Below, piece after piece: positions 9,978 to 19,247 of a DNA stretch of 64,000 bases. A model generated the notes under the pieces. That model was not told the DNA's origin. It saw only the letters and a list, made by a program, of their open reading frames with translations, and made no database searches. The position numbers were made by a program, and so were the translations under genes. The stretch's first letter is position 1. The number at the start of each line of letters is the position of its first letter. The stretch covers positions 6,528,001 through 6,592,000 of the forward strand of contig OZ240241.1 in the NCBI GenBank assembly GCA_965198115.1, given 5' to 3'. The stretch is from Candidatus Latescibacterota bacterium. Its GTDB lineage: Bacteria; Latescibacterota; UBA2968.

Positions 9978-11138
9978 TCAACCGGAGGCATCCTCGTAGA
10001 GCCGCTCGAGATCGACGACGAGTCGATCGATGCCGAAACGCCTGTTAGCTCGCTTTCTCTGGTCGCTGGAGACCGTCCGCTTCTCGTTCAACGCAAGGAT
10101 CGCAGCGTCGGCGAGGGCCTCGGGACGACCGGGAGGAACGGTCAGACCGATCTTCTCGGTGTCGACGAGATCGGTCACGCCACCGACATTTGTAGCCACG
10201 ATGTAACACCCCGTGGCGACCGCCTCGATCAGGGAAACCGGCATTCCCTCGTTGTAGGAGGACAGAAGGGTCAGATCGAGCGCGCCGTAGATACGGGCGA
10301 CGTCGGATCGAAAGCCTGTGAAAGTCACGCAGTCCTTGAGTCCGAGACGATCGGTCAAGTTTTCTAGCTCGGCGCGGCAATCGCCGTCCCCGACGACGAC
10401 GAACCGGGATTCGGGACACGCCTCCCAGATCAACCGGGCAGCCCGCAAGAAGATCTCCACGGCCTTGATCGGAGCCAGACGTCCGACGATACCGACGAGC
10501 GGCGCCGACGGTGAGAAGCCCAGTTCGCGTCGAAAACCGTCGTCTGTCCTGGTCGTGCCCAGGAACGGATCGAGATCGAGCCCCAGGGGAATGGAACGAA
10601 CACGCCCGGGTGGGGCGATGCGATAGGCCAGGAGATCCGCGCGCTGGCTGTGGCTGACGGCCATAATGACGTCGGTCGAGTGAGCCAGTATCCGTTCGAG
10701 AAAGACGATGACCGCGCTTTTCCAGCTGGAAAAGTAGCCGTGGAAGACGTGGCCGTGGTAGGTGTGGATGACGACGGGGACGCCGGACAACCTTGCTGCC
10801 AGACGTCCAAGCACGCCTGCCTTCGACTTATGGGTGTGGATGACGTGGGGGCGTACGGCTCTAAGCAGTCTATGAAGCGCGATGAATGCTTTTAGATCGT
10901 GGCGGGGAGAGACAGCACGACCCAGACCGGGGATTTCGATGGGACAGACACCCGATCTGTCGATGGTTTCAGTCATTTCGGCTTCGCCAAGAGCGACCTG
11001 TCCTTTGGCTACACGCACGTCGTGTCCCAGCTCGTTGAGTCGAGCGGTAGCGAGCAGGACGAACGGGGTCGCGCCCCCGACGTTCAAGCGGTCGATGACG
11101 TGGATTAGTCTCAGTTGGCGTGATTCGCTCGTGGCCAC
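9978..11138 (-). CDS. Glycosyltransferase family 4
   Basis: HTHKSKAG, VGRLAPIK, EGMPVSLIEA, TNVGG. Confidence 0.92.
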   Translation of the reverse strand: MATSESRQLRLIHVIDRLNVGGATPFVLLATARLNELGHDVRVAKGQVALGEAEMTETIDRSGVCPIEIPGLGRAVSPRHDLKAFIALHRLLRAVRPHVIHTHKSKAGVLGRLAARLSGVPVVIHTYHGHVFHGYFSSWKSAVIVFLERILAHSTDVIMAVSHSQRADLLAYRIAPPGRVRSIPLGLDLDPFLGTTRTDDGFRRELGFSPSAPLVGIVGRLAPIKAVEIFLRAARLIWEACPESRFVVVGDGDCRAELENLTDRLGLKDCVTFTGFRSDVARIYGALDLTLLSSYNEGMPVSLIEAVATGCYIVATNVGGVTDLVDTEKIGLTVPPGRPEALADAAILALNEKRTVSSDQRKRANRRFGIDRLVVDLERLYEDASG

Positions 11139-11254
11139 GAGGATTCTCGCAGGACGTTACCCTGCTGAGCGTGAAGGGAGAAGACCGTTTTCAATGGCTC
11201 AGAATAGGGGCTGAACCGGCAGGAAGGCAAACTTCGTCGACCGTAACGTGCGTG

Positions 11255-12502
11255 CTAGGAGAACAAGAGCTTCAGGTAGTAGAAGGGGTTCGTCAATTGC
11301 TTCTTGGGAACTTCGTTGACGATCATTCCCATAATCGTATCGCGCACGTCGTCGCTTCGGGCGGCTTTGTTGATGACGAAGTTGAGGAGCGTGCGATTCC
11401 GTCCGATGCGTTGGAGCCGGTGGCTCGTCTTCAACTCGTCGCCGATTTCATCCCACAATCGATCGTCGTAGCGGCGCAGGAAGGATCCGGAAACGTCACT
11501 GTGGTCGATGGCTTCGCGCGCGACTTCGACTGCGATCTTGGCGGAGTAGAAAGCGTTGCCGATGCCTTCGCCAGTGAAGGGATCGATGAGGCCCGCAGCG
11601 TCGCCGAGTAGCATGAATCCGTCGCCGTGGTTCATGCGATGGCTACTGCCGACCGGTAGATTCCAACCGATGGGCTCTTCGAGCGGCACTGCCACGTCGA
11701 AGCGATCGCGGAATGCGGGGCTGTCTACGGCATTCTTGAGGGCGACTCTGAGGTCGACGTCGTTGGCTTTGATGTATTCGTGCAACATCCCGATGCCGAC
11801 GTTAGCCAGGTTGTCTTCGATCGGGAAGATCCAAAAATACCCTGGAATGACTTCGTCGATAAAGTGCAGCTCGATCTGGTTGTCCAGGCCTTTGACATCA
11901 CGATAGTACTGGCGAAGCGCGACGACCCAGTGCTGAGAGTCGTGTTGGTAGAGGTCGAGTTTTCGCGCCACGACAGAGCTGAATCCGTCGGCACCGAGGA
12001 CCACCTTACTGTGAAAGGTGTCTTCGCGACCGTCCTCGGTCGTACCCGACACGCCTGTGACGTACCCGTCTTCGCCGAGGATATCTTTGACGGTGAATCC
12101 CTCGAGCGTTCGGTCCGCTGCCCGGCTGGCTTCACAAAACAGGAAGTGATCGAATACTTCGCGCCGGATCACGTAGCCCGTCGAGAGGTCGGGACGATTG
12201 GATCGCCTCAGATCGATGTCGATATGTGTGTGTTTGGGGCTGCCGAAGGTGACGACGTTGATGAGCGCGCCAGGCAGGTCGGCGACTCGATCCAGAAGGT
12301 CGAGCTCCCGGAGAATGTTGACGGCCTTCCCAGAAAGGGCATCGCCGCAGACTTTGTCTCGAGGGAAGCGAGCCTTATCGAGGAGGAGGACGCGGAGTCC
12401 CAGTCGGCGTGCGTAGAGCACTGCGGTTGCACCCGCCGGGCCGGCGCCGACGACGATCAGGTCGTAAGATGCTTCGGTAGAGGGGTTGCCCATTCGCGGC
12501 AA
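11255..12502 (-). CDS. Geranylgeranyl reductase family FAD oxidoreductase
   Basis: VVGAGPAG, FPRDKVCGD, GYFWIFP, GDAAGLIDPFTGEGI. Confidence 0.9.
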   Translation of the reverse strand: MPRMGNPSTEASYDLIVVGAGPAGATAVLYARRLGLRVLLLDKARFPRDKVCGDALSGKAVNILRELDLLDRVADLPGALINVVTFGSPKHTHIDIDLRRSNRPDLSTGYVIRREVFDHFLFCEASRAADRTLEGFTVKDILGEDGYVTGVSGTTEDGREDTFHSKVVLGADGFSSVVARKLDLYQHDSQHWVVALRQYYRDVKGLDNQIELHFIDEVIPGYFWIFPIEDNLANVGIGMLHEYIKANDVDLRVALKNAVDSPAFRDRFDVAVPLEEPIGWNLPVGSSHRMNHGDGFMLLGDAAGLIDPFTGEGIGNAFYSAKIAVEVAREAIDHSDVSGSFLRRYDDRLWDEIGDELKTSHRLQRIGRNRTLLNFVINKAARSDDVRDTIMGMIVNEVPKKQLTNPFYYLKLLFS

Positions 12503-12573
12503 AACTTATCCGTCCGCGATGACTCCGTCAATATGTAAGGGAAGCAAGACCTTCCTGACGAGGCAGGTCGAAT

Positions 12574-12948
12574 TTACGAGGACGTGGAATCGCTGGGCGT
12601 GATGGAGAGGCTGTCGCTGAGTCCGGCCTCGACCACGGGCAGAATGCCGACGGAGTCCACGTAGACGCCCGAGTCAGCCTGCGCGATGCTGAGGGCCGAT
12701 CGGTCCGTGCGATGGGACAGATTCTCCGGCGCAACGAGGGCGAAGAGAACGATCGAAGCGGCGGCGACGATGGCGCCGAACGATCCGAGTGGTTGGGCCA
12801 CGAATGCGTTCCTGTTGAGCTGGCCGGAGACGCCGTGCCTCGCTCGGAGCTCGGACTTGAGACGGGGCAGGATGTCCGGATCGGGTGTGATCTCGCTGTC
12901 GCGGCGAACGTCGAGGACGTTAGTGATACGTGAGATGAAATTGGTCAT
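12574..12948 (-). CDS. Putative anti-sigma factor / single-TM protein
   Basis: ATG 4 nt downstream of the ECF sigma stop; one hydrophobic segment (FGAIVAAASIVLFALVA); function inferred from position only. Confidence 0.55.
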   Translation of the reverse strand: MTNFISRITNVLDVRRDSEITPDPDILPRLKSELRARHGVSGQLNRNAFVAQPLGSFGAIVAAASIVLFALVAPENLSHRTDRSALSIAQADSGVYVDSVGILPVVEAGLSDSLSITPSDSTSS

Positions 12949-13434
12949 ATGTCTACTCCGCGTTACACTCGGATGTATACGGGTTGAGTGCTTCGAGCAT
13001 TCCGGCGAGTTTTCGAGTCGTGTAGAACAGTCTTGATTTGACGGTACCTTCAGAGCAGTCGAGGATTCTGCCGATTTCGCGTATGGAATGGCTCTCCTGA
13101 TATCGTAGGAGGAACGTTGTCCGCTGGTCGGGATCAAACGCCTCCAGAGCCTCGACAACGGCCCGTCTGAAAGCACGGGCGTCGATATCGAAATCGATGT
13201 CGGCGATGTGATCGGATTCGCACACGACATCTTGCAGTTCGGCGATGATGCTCTCTCGCGACCGGACCTCCAGACGTCGATATTCATTTTTGCACATATT
13301 GTGCGCGATCGCGAAAACCCACGTTGAGAAGGATTTCGACGTGTCGAACGCATCTGGACGTTTGACGAGCTTCAAGAACAGATCCTGCAGGAAATCCTGG
13401 GCCTTGTCGTGATCGCCCCCCAGCATCCGATGGA

Positions 13435-14808
13435 GAGCTCAGGTCAATAGGTGTGTAAAAGAAATCAGGCGGCCATCTTCCCGGCTTCGACCTGCGGTCC
13501 GGTTGAGTGTTTCTGATCGTAGACTTGTTGTAGCAAGTGTGGCGCGGTGAGTTTCCTGAATCGGCTCTCTGCGACCTTGAGCGTACGCCAGATGAGAGCC
13601 GTGGCGTTCCTGACTTTCTTGAATCGCCTGGCGGCGTTTGTGCGAAGCCGAACGGAAGCAAAGGGGCTCTCGACGACGTTCGTGGTTCTCAGGTGTTTCC
13701 AGTGTTCCTTCGGGAAGTCGTAGAACGTGACCATCCGATCCCAGTCTCTTTCGAGCGTCTCCACGGCGGCAGGGAACTGTGAGCGATACCGTGCGGCAAA
13801 GCGTTTCCGGAGCTTCTCGGCCTCCTTTTTCGTGCCGGCATAGGGGATCTGGACGAGCAGTGCGCGGGCTTCAGCCTGTGCACGCTTGGCGACCTTGTCG
13901 AGCACGTTGAGGATCTTGTGGTTCCAGCACCGTTGTTGCCGGCTCTCTGGCCAGACCTGATCAACGGCCGCCCAGATGCCCATATTCCCGTCCGCGGCGA
14001 TCAGGACAGGATGTTCGAGCCCGCGATCCCGGAGATCCCGGAGCACCGTGAGCCAGGATTCTGTAGACTCTCGATAACCGGGTTCTATCGCCAGGATCTC
14101 CTTGCTGCCGTCGCTCATCGCGCCGATCACGACCAGCAGACACGCCTTCTCGCGCTCGAGCCCGGCTTTGACGTAGATGCCATCAGCCCAGGCGTAGACC
14201 AGTTCGCGATTATCCAGACGCCTTTCTTTCCAGTCCTGGAAGTCGACCTCCCACTTCCCTCGAAGACGAGCGATCGAGGTCGGCGAAAGCGGCGCGCCAT
14301 CACCGAGCAGCGCACGCAAAGACAACTCGAAGTCGCCCTGGGAGAGACCGTGGAGATAAAGGTCGGGAAGCAGATCTCCAATGGCCCTGGTTCTCCGGGC
14401 GAACAGGGGGAGGATGCGGCTTTCAAACCGCTCTTCCAGACCACGAACCCGGGGACGCCGGACCTTGATCGTTCCGCAGCTCGTCGAGAGACGCCGGGGC
14501 TTGCCGTAGCCGTTCCTGTAGCCCGTGGAGCTATCGACCTCGGCTCGGCGCTCATACCACGACCGGCCCAAGAACGCGGTCGCCTCCTCCTCCAGAATGG
14601 ACTGGAACCGGCCCTGGATCTCTTCACGGATCCAATCGTCAACCGTCTCCCACGTCGGCATGGACTTCAATGGGGCTCTATGCGTATGTTCCTTCACGGC
14701 GATCCTCCTTCCCAACCGGGCCTCTCACCCGGTTTTGTGTGAATCAACTATCTCACGGGAAGGGTAGGGTCGCCCTTTCTCTTTTTCCACACCTTTTGAT
14801 TATAGCTC
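13435..14808 (-). mobile_element. IS256-family insertion sequence, 1374 bp
   Basis: Imperfect terminal inverted repeats GAGCTCAGGTCAATAGGTGTGTAAAAG / GAGCTATAATCAAAAGGTGTGGAAAAAG; flanked by direct repeat TCCGATGGA (13426-13434 and 14809-14817). Confidence 0.95.
13465..14697 (-). CDS. IS256 (Mutator-like) DDE transposase
   Basis: YRNGY, WADGIYVK, ADG..G, QRCWNHK, LRTTNVVES; AGGAGG RBS before GTG at 14697. Confidence 0.95.
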   Translation of the reverse strand: MKEHTHRAPLKSMPTWETVDDWIREEIQGRFQSILEEEATAFLGRSWYERRAEVDSSTGYRNGYGKPRRLSTSCGTIKVRRPRVRGLEERFESRILPLFARRTRAIGDLLPDLYLHGLSQGDFELSLRALLGDGAPLSPTSIARLRGKWEVDFQDWKERRLDNRELVYAWADGIYVKAGLEREKACLLVVIGAMSDGSKEILAIEPGYRESTESWLTVLRDLRDRGLEHPVLIAADGNMGIWAAVDQVWPESRQQRCWNHKILNVLDKVAKRAQAEARALLVQIPYAGTKKEAEKLRKRFAARYRSQFPAAVETLERDWDRMVTFYDFPKEHWKHLRTTNVVESPFASVRLRTNAARRFKKVRNATALIWRTLKVAESRFRKLTAPHLLQQVYDQKHSTGPQVEAGKMAA

Positions 14809-15157
14809 TCCGATGGAAGTAGTTGACGAGCCGCAGGCTGTAGCGATCGTAGAGCGCTTCGAGTGCACGCTCGTTTCCACGCTGGACGCGACGCATCAGG
14901 GTTTCGTCCGTCAGGTCTGACAGGTCAGATTGGAACAGCTTCAAGACGTCTCCCGGCGCAATGGCCTCGGAGGACTGGCGGTGGGCAGGTCGGCTCGCTC
15001 TATGATACACCCGAGTCGATTCAAAGTTCACATCGTGTGACACAGACGCACGTGTGTGACGTGAAGCGACGGTGTCGGAGCGATGAACCATTTCTCAACG
15101 CTAAGCATTAATGACAGAAAAACAATAGGTTGGATCGGTAAAGACAATCTGGCGCGG

Positions 15158-15174
15158 TTGGCAATCAGTTTGCA
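15158..15174 (+). promoter_or_regulatory. Possible sigma54 promoter
   Basis: TTGGCAATCAGTTTGCA with GG (15160) and GC (15172) 12 bp apart; IHF-like AAACAATAGGTTG just upstream. Confidence 0.45.
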
Positions 15175-15186
15175 CGATGCTGAAAC

Positions 15187-15834
15187 GTGAGACATTGGTC
15201 CTTCATCCTGTTGACGATCCTGCTGCTGTTTTCAGTACGTTTTCCCGCCCACGCCGATGATCTCGAAACGGTCCTGGGATTGAACAGACGACTGCGCTTT
15301 TCGACGACGTCGAGCGGTCGAGAATGGTTGCGTCCGCGTGCGGCAACTGAACGTGAGCTGCCGCCCGAACTGATGATTCCGCTGCGGGCCGTCAACGAAG
15401 GACTCGTTTTCCTCGCGGCCTATCAATCGAAGAACGTGCCTGCGATGACGGCCGTCGGGGCACTATCCCTGCTGGGCGGGACGCTTCGAAGCGGGATCGA
15501 CGCGGTCGTCGATCAGGCTACGGACCGCAGGCTCGACGTGGGCGCACTTCATCGCCTGGACACACCTCAGCTCGAAATCCTCGCCTATCTGTGGGGGGTG
15601 GACGACCCCGCGGAAGAAAAGTCGGTCTATCTGAATGTGGATGGTTTCCCGAGTTGGAAGACGATGGACCGAATGCTGGAGGCGATGGAGGATCTCGGTG
15701 TGATCGAGCGAAAGGAACGAAAGGTGAGAGCTCTGGCGGCTCGGGATGACGTCGTGAGGTCTTTCGTGGCTGCGGGCCGGACGAGTGCACTTTCGAACCT
15801 TATGCCTCTGAGGATTGGGGAGAACAGGCGGTGA
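15187..15834 (+). CDS. Hypothetical protein with signal peptide and C-terminal winged-helix-like segment
   Basis: Hydrophobic N-terminus ending in AHA; C-terminus LEILAYLW..SWKTMDRMLEAMEDLGVIERK resembles BlaI/MecI helices. Confidence 0.6.
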   Translation: MRHWSFILLTILLLFSVRFPAHADDLETVLGLNRRLRFSTTSSGREWLRPRAATERELPPELMIPLRAVNEGLVFLAAYQSKNVPAMTAVGALSLLGGTLRSGIDAVVDQATDRRLDVGALHRLDTPQLEILAYLWGVDDPAEEKSVYLNVDGFPSWKTMDRMLEAMEDLGVIERKERKVRALAARDDVVRSFVAAGRTSALSNLMPLRIGENRR

Positions 15835-16028
15835 CATTCGTGACCGTTCTGAAGCCGTCGAGCCCCGCGCTGACGGTCCTTGCCGAGTCGATGCTGAAGG
15901 ACGCGGAGATTCCATACGTGATTCGGGGCGATCAGGCCTTTCAGAATCTCTACGCATTCGGGCAGATCGAGATTCAGGTGAGAGAAGAAGATGCGGAGCA
16001 AGCGACCGTGCTACTAGGAGATCTTTGA
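15831..16028 (+). CDS. DUF2007-like small protein
   Basis: LAESMLKDAEIPYVIRG..IEIQVREEDAEQA pattern; overlaps the previous stop (GTGA). Confidence 0.75.
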   Translation: MTFVTVLKPSSPALTVLAESMLKDAEIPYVIRGDQAFQNLYAFGQIEIQVREEDAEQATVLLGDL

Positions 16029-16099
16029 AAGTGTTGCGGGCGAGCAGGCGTGGCAAGGTGCTGATACAATCTGTTGTCGGTGGGAGCAGCCCTTCGAAG

Positions 16100-16540
16100 T
16101 CAGATCGTGACCGTCTTTTCGAGCGTGAACACGTTGTTCTTGGTTTCCTGGATGACGACTTCGATATGGTATTCGATGTTCTGTTCCTTGAAGTGCTTGG
16201 CGAGCACTTCGATGACCTGATTCATCCCGTAGAGGGCGACGTTTTCGACGCTGGGATTACGGCCGGGCATTACGACAACCCCCTCAGGTTCGAAGAGGTC
16301 CGAATCGAGGAAGAGCTCGTCCCGTTCCGATACGAGCATCTTGTGATCGAGGAACTTGAAGATGTCTTTGAGCGCTCCGAAGTCGAGGGAAATGTCGAGC
16401 TTGGCGTCACGAGGGAAAGATTCCGCCTGGAGAACGACGTGGGCGTGCCACGTATGACCGTGCACGTAACGGCACTTGCCATCGTAATCCAGTTGTCGGT
16501 GGGCAGTGTGGAATTCAGCGTGCGCCCGCAGGGTTTCCAT
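16100..16540 (-). CDS. queD: 6-carboxytetrahydropterin synthase / PTPS family
   Basis: FHTAHRQ..GKCRYVHGHTW, DFGALK..LDHK, NPSVENVA, IQETK. Confidence 0.8.
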   Translation of the reverse strand: METLRAHAEFHTAHRQLDYDGKCRYVHGHTWHAHVVLQAESFPRDAKLDISLDFGALKDIFKFLDHKMLVSERDELFLDSDLFEPEGVVVMPGRNPSVENVALYGMNQVIEVLAKHFKEQNIEYHIEVVIQETKNNVFTLEKTVTI

Positions 16541-16829
16541 CAGGTGTCCTTTGTCATCGTGACGATCGTCGAGTGTGGTCAGAATATAGCCGTCATTCGG
16601 GTCCCGGGGAATCTCCGGTCTTTGGTGATTCGATACTTGCCGACCCGATGAAGTGCGCTCATTTGGTAGACGGTGAACGGTTGACAGTGGACCCTCGCAC
16701 CGCTCGGCAGGTTCCAGAGACGGCTTCGCCCTGTTTTAGAGACGCTGGGGACGCTTCATCCATAAATCTAGCGCGAACACGAAACTCGTATAATATGTTG
16801 TAAAACAGTAAGATATATACGGTAAGGAC

Positions 16830-16853
16830 AAAAGTGGCCCCGGGGCCACTTTT
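16830..16853. other. Perfect 24-bp palindrome (bidirectional terminator or protein-binding site)
   Basis: AAAAGTGGCCCCGGGGCCACTTTT. Confidence 0.6.
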
Positions 16854-16954
16854 AAGATGGAAGGATCACTGTGACAGCGTTCCCTTATGTGCAGCGTTAT
16901 GCTGGCGTTCGCAACGAATAGGGTAAGCAGATGGGACCGGGCCGCTTTCACTCC

Positions 16955-17518
16955 TCACTCCACGGGCCAGAGCCAGCCAAAGGTTCCCGCTGTCAGGAGT
17001 GCGTAGATCAGGGCGTCGAAGACCGATTTGAGCGTCGAGGACCAGGCACGCTTGTACCAAATGGAATTCTGTAGAAGGGCGAGTCCGTAACCGGCGAAGG
17101 CAGTCGTGCCGGCGAAACGGAAGACGGTCAGATACGGGGCGCCTGGCTCGAGTGCGCGACCTGCGATGTAGGCGGCGAAGACGCCGACGAGCGCACAGTA
17201 GAGGAACCAAAGCAGAAGACTCTGGCCCATCCCGGGAATCCCGTTCGGCATCACGGTGACGAAGGCGACGGGGCCCTTTTCGGCTTTGGCGATGTAGTCG
17301 GGCGACTTCATTCCCTCGAGCGATCCGGCGCAGGGGAGTACGTAATCCCCGGGCGGGATGTCGAACGGGCGCAAGGCATCCATCACACTATCCTCGTTCG
17401 GAACGGCGCCAAAGTCGGTCGAATGATACTGCAGCAGCATATGGATGATGGAACTGGCCACGAAGACGATGACGGCGGAGAGCACGATCGGAAGCCACAA
17501 CGAGAGAATCGATACCAT
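16955..17518 (-). CDS. Hypothetical membrane protein (about 4 TM segments)
   Basis: Four hydrophobic segments; AAGGAG RBS. Confidence 0.8.
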   Translation of the reverse strand: MVSILSLWLPIVLSAVIVFVASSIIHMLLQYHSTDFGAVPNEDSVMDALRPFDIPPGDYVLPCAGSLEGMKSPDYIAKAEKGPVAFVTVMPNGIPGMGQSLLLWFLYCALVGVFAAYIAGRALEPGAPYLTVFRFAGTTAFAGYGLALLQNSIWYKRAWSSTLKSVFDALIYALLTAGTFGWLWPVE

Positions 17519-17534
17519 CGGAAACTCCTTTGGG

Positions 17535-17568
17535 GCAGAAGTGAGCAGAAAGAAGTGAGAAGGAAAGG
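17535..17568 (+). repeat. Purine-rich heptamer repeat (AGAAGTG family)
   Basis: GCAGAAGTGAGCAGAAAGAAGTGAGAAGG; near-copy at 51749. Confidence 0.7.
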
Positions 17569-17574
17569 CGGTGG

Positions 17575-18551
17575 GCGATTACTCCGAGTCTGGTGATTTT
17601 TCCCTTTTTGTAACGCTTTCGACCCGCAGCCCGCGTGCGTGACATTACCCGACCAGCGCCGTGGACCGTCGAATAGAGCGACGCGGCGCTTTCGTCACTT
17701 TCGTTTCCCTCGATGATGACGGAGATGTCGCCCATCGATCCACCGACGAAGCCTTTCTGACCGGGGAAGGCGGGCGTCGCACCTTTCCGAACGATCCAGT
17801 AGGTTTCTCCGAAGTGCTCTTCCTCCCAGGCAAAGTTGTGGTGGTTGTGGATTTCCTCAACAATGTTCGCGCCGAGGATGGTGGCGACGCGCTCGCAGAC
17901 CCAGTCGCGGCCGGCGTAGGCATACCGACCGGCCAGTTTCATACAGGCGATGTACTCCTTGCCAGTGTTGGACTCGACGTCGAACAGGACGGGTTGATCG
18001 CGTTTACGCTTGCCGGCTCGTCGGAAGAAGTGGGTCGCCACACGATGCCCGAAGCCCCGGCTCCCGAAATGTGCTCCGACCCAGACCCTGTCGATCTCGT
18101 CGACGAAGAGATCGACGTAGTGGTTGCCGGAACCGATCGTGCCGAGTTGTTCCCGGGCGAGGCCCTTCATACTTCGTGCGATCGGGACGTCCCACGCTTC
18201 GTCGTCATCGAAGAGCGGGTGGTCGACCTGTTCCTTGTTCTTCAGTCCGACACCGAAGGAGAGCGTGTTCCAGATGTCGTCCATCAGGCGTTTGATGTCG
18301 CGCCTGACCTCGTCGGCTGCGACGTCCAGGCGAACCGCTTTGTTGCCGCAACTGATGTCGTAGCCGACGCCGGTGGGACTGATCTGATTTTCGTACGCGC
18401 AGACACCGCCGATCGGCATCGAGTAGCCGAGGTGGTGGTCGGCCATCAAAGCCGCGTGGGCGGCGGTTTCTCGACACGTGATGATCTGTTCGACCGCGTT
18501 GTCGAGTGGCGTGCCCCAGACGGGGATGTCGTTGATGCGTTGGAAGGACAT
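17575..18551 (-). pseudogene. rtcB: RtcB family RNA ligase, 3'-truncated
   Basis: MADHHLGYSMPIGG, GYDISCG, LGTIGSGNHY, HFGSRGFG, HNHHN, RKGATPA, HGAGRVMSR. Similarity stops at about 17575; the ORF then runs through a repeat and out of frame into the next gene, ending at 17388. Confidence 0.85.
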
Positions 18552-18555
18552 TTTA

Positions 18556-18954
18556 TCAGGGGGCGATGACCTCTACGGTCGGGAAGTACGTTCTCACCCG
18601 AGACGTGTCTCGGATCAACAGTGGGATGCGAACAACAGCTGCGTGGGCACCGATGAAAAAATCAGGGAGGGGAGATCGTCGAACGCCACCGCGCCGACGG
18701 TAATCCAGAAAGGCCTTCCCGGCGAGAAACAGCGCTTCGCGGGGAACCCGGTGAAACCGAACCCCTGTTGAGGTCAAGACGCCCTCGTAATCCTCCAGTG
18801 ACCTGTAACCGATGGACACCTCTGAATAAATCACCTCGTTCACAATCAGATCACCCTCGGTCCGTCGCTGGTCCAGGGCTGATAGGGCTCGATCGGCCCA
18901 GTCTGGATCGTCTTGAAAGACATCGAGAAGGACGCTCGAATCAACGATCGTCAT
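18556..18954 (-). CDS. vapC: VapC PIN-domain toxin
   Basis: VDSSVLLD, YSE, PLPDFFIGAHA, LLIRD. Confidence 0.9.
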   Translation of the reverse strand: MTIVDSSVLLDVFQDDPDWADRALSALDQRRTEGDLIVNEVIYSEVSIGYRSLEDYEGVLTSTGVRFHRVPREALFLAGKAFLDYRRRGGVRRSPLPDFFIGAHAAVVRIPLLIRDTSRVRTYFPTVEVIAP

Positions 18955-19174
18955 CCGGATTCCTCGTCAGGGCAAGAATCTCGTCGGTGGACATCTTCAC
19001 GGTCGCAGACCCACGGGCAGCTTCGAAGGGATTCTGACCGCGGGCCTTACCCGTTTTCTTGAGGTAGATCCGACCTCTTTGTTCTACGAACTCCACCTCG
19101 GAATTCGGGCCTATTCCGTATTTCTCGCGAAGCTGTTTAGGAATCGTTACCTGGCCCTTGGTTGTCACTCTCAT
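18941..19174 (-). CDS. AbrB/MazE/SpoVT-type antitoxin
   Basis: MRVTTKGQVTIPKQLREKYGI..VEF; overlaps the vapC start. Confidence 0.92.
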   Translation of the reverse strand: MRVTTKGQVTIPKQLREKYGIGPNSEVEFVEQRGRIYLKKTGKARGQNPFEAARGSATVKMSTDEILALTRNPDDDR

Positions 19175-19188
19175 AGCGGTCCTCGTTA

Positions 19189-19214
19189 TAAGAATCCTAC
19201 CAGTTATATTCTTA
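19189..19214. promoter_or_regulatory. Candidate toxin-antitoxin operator/promoter
   Basis: Inverted repeat TAAGAAT-N12-ATTCTTA in an AT-rich spacer just upstream of the antitoxin. Confidence 0.5.
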
Positions 19215-19247
19215 CAATTTCGATTAATGCTGACCCAGAGTCAACAC

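Larger units (their letters stand above)
12953..14944 (-). pseudogene. ECF RNA polymerase sigma factor interrupted by IS256
   Basis: 5' part (14809-14944: TDETLMRRVQRGNERALEALYDRYSLRLVNYFHR) joins in frame to the 3' part (12953-13434: MLGGDHDKAQDFLQDLF..FSTWVFAIAHN..CSEGTVKSRL) once the IS and one duplication copy are removed. Confidence 0.93.

Noticed and set aside
16541-16800. preQ1 or c-di-GMP riboswitch upstream of queD
   Set aside because: I could not match the consensus stems or A-rich tail by eye; an Infernal search is needed.
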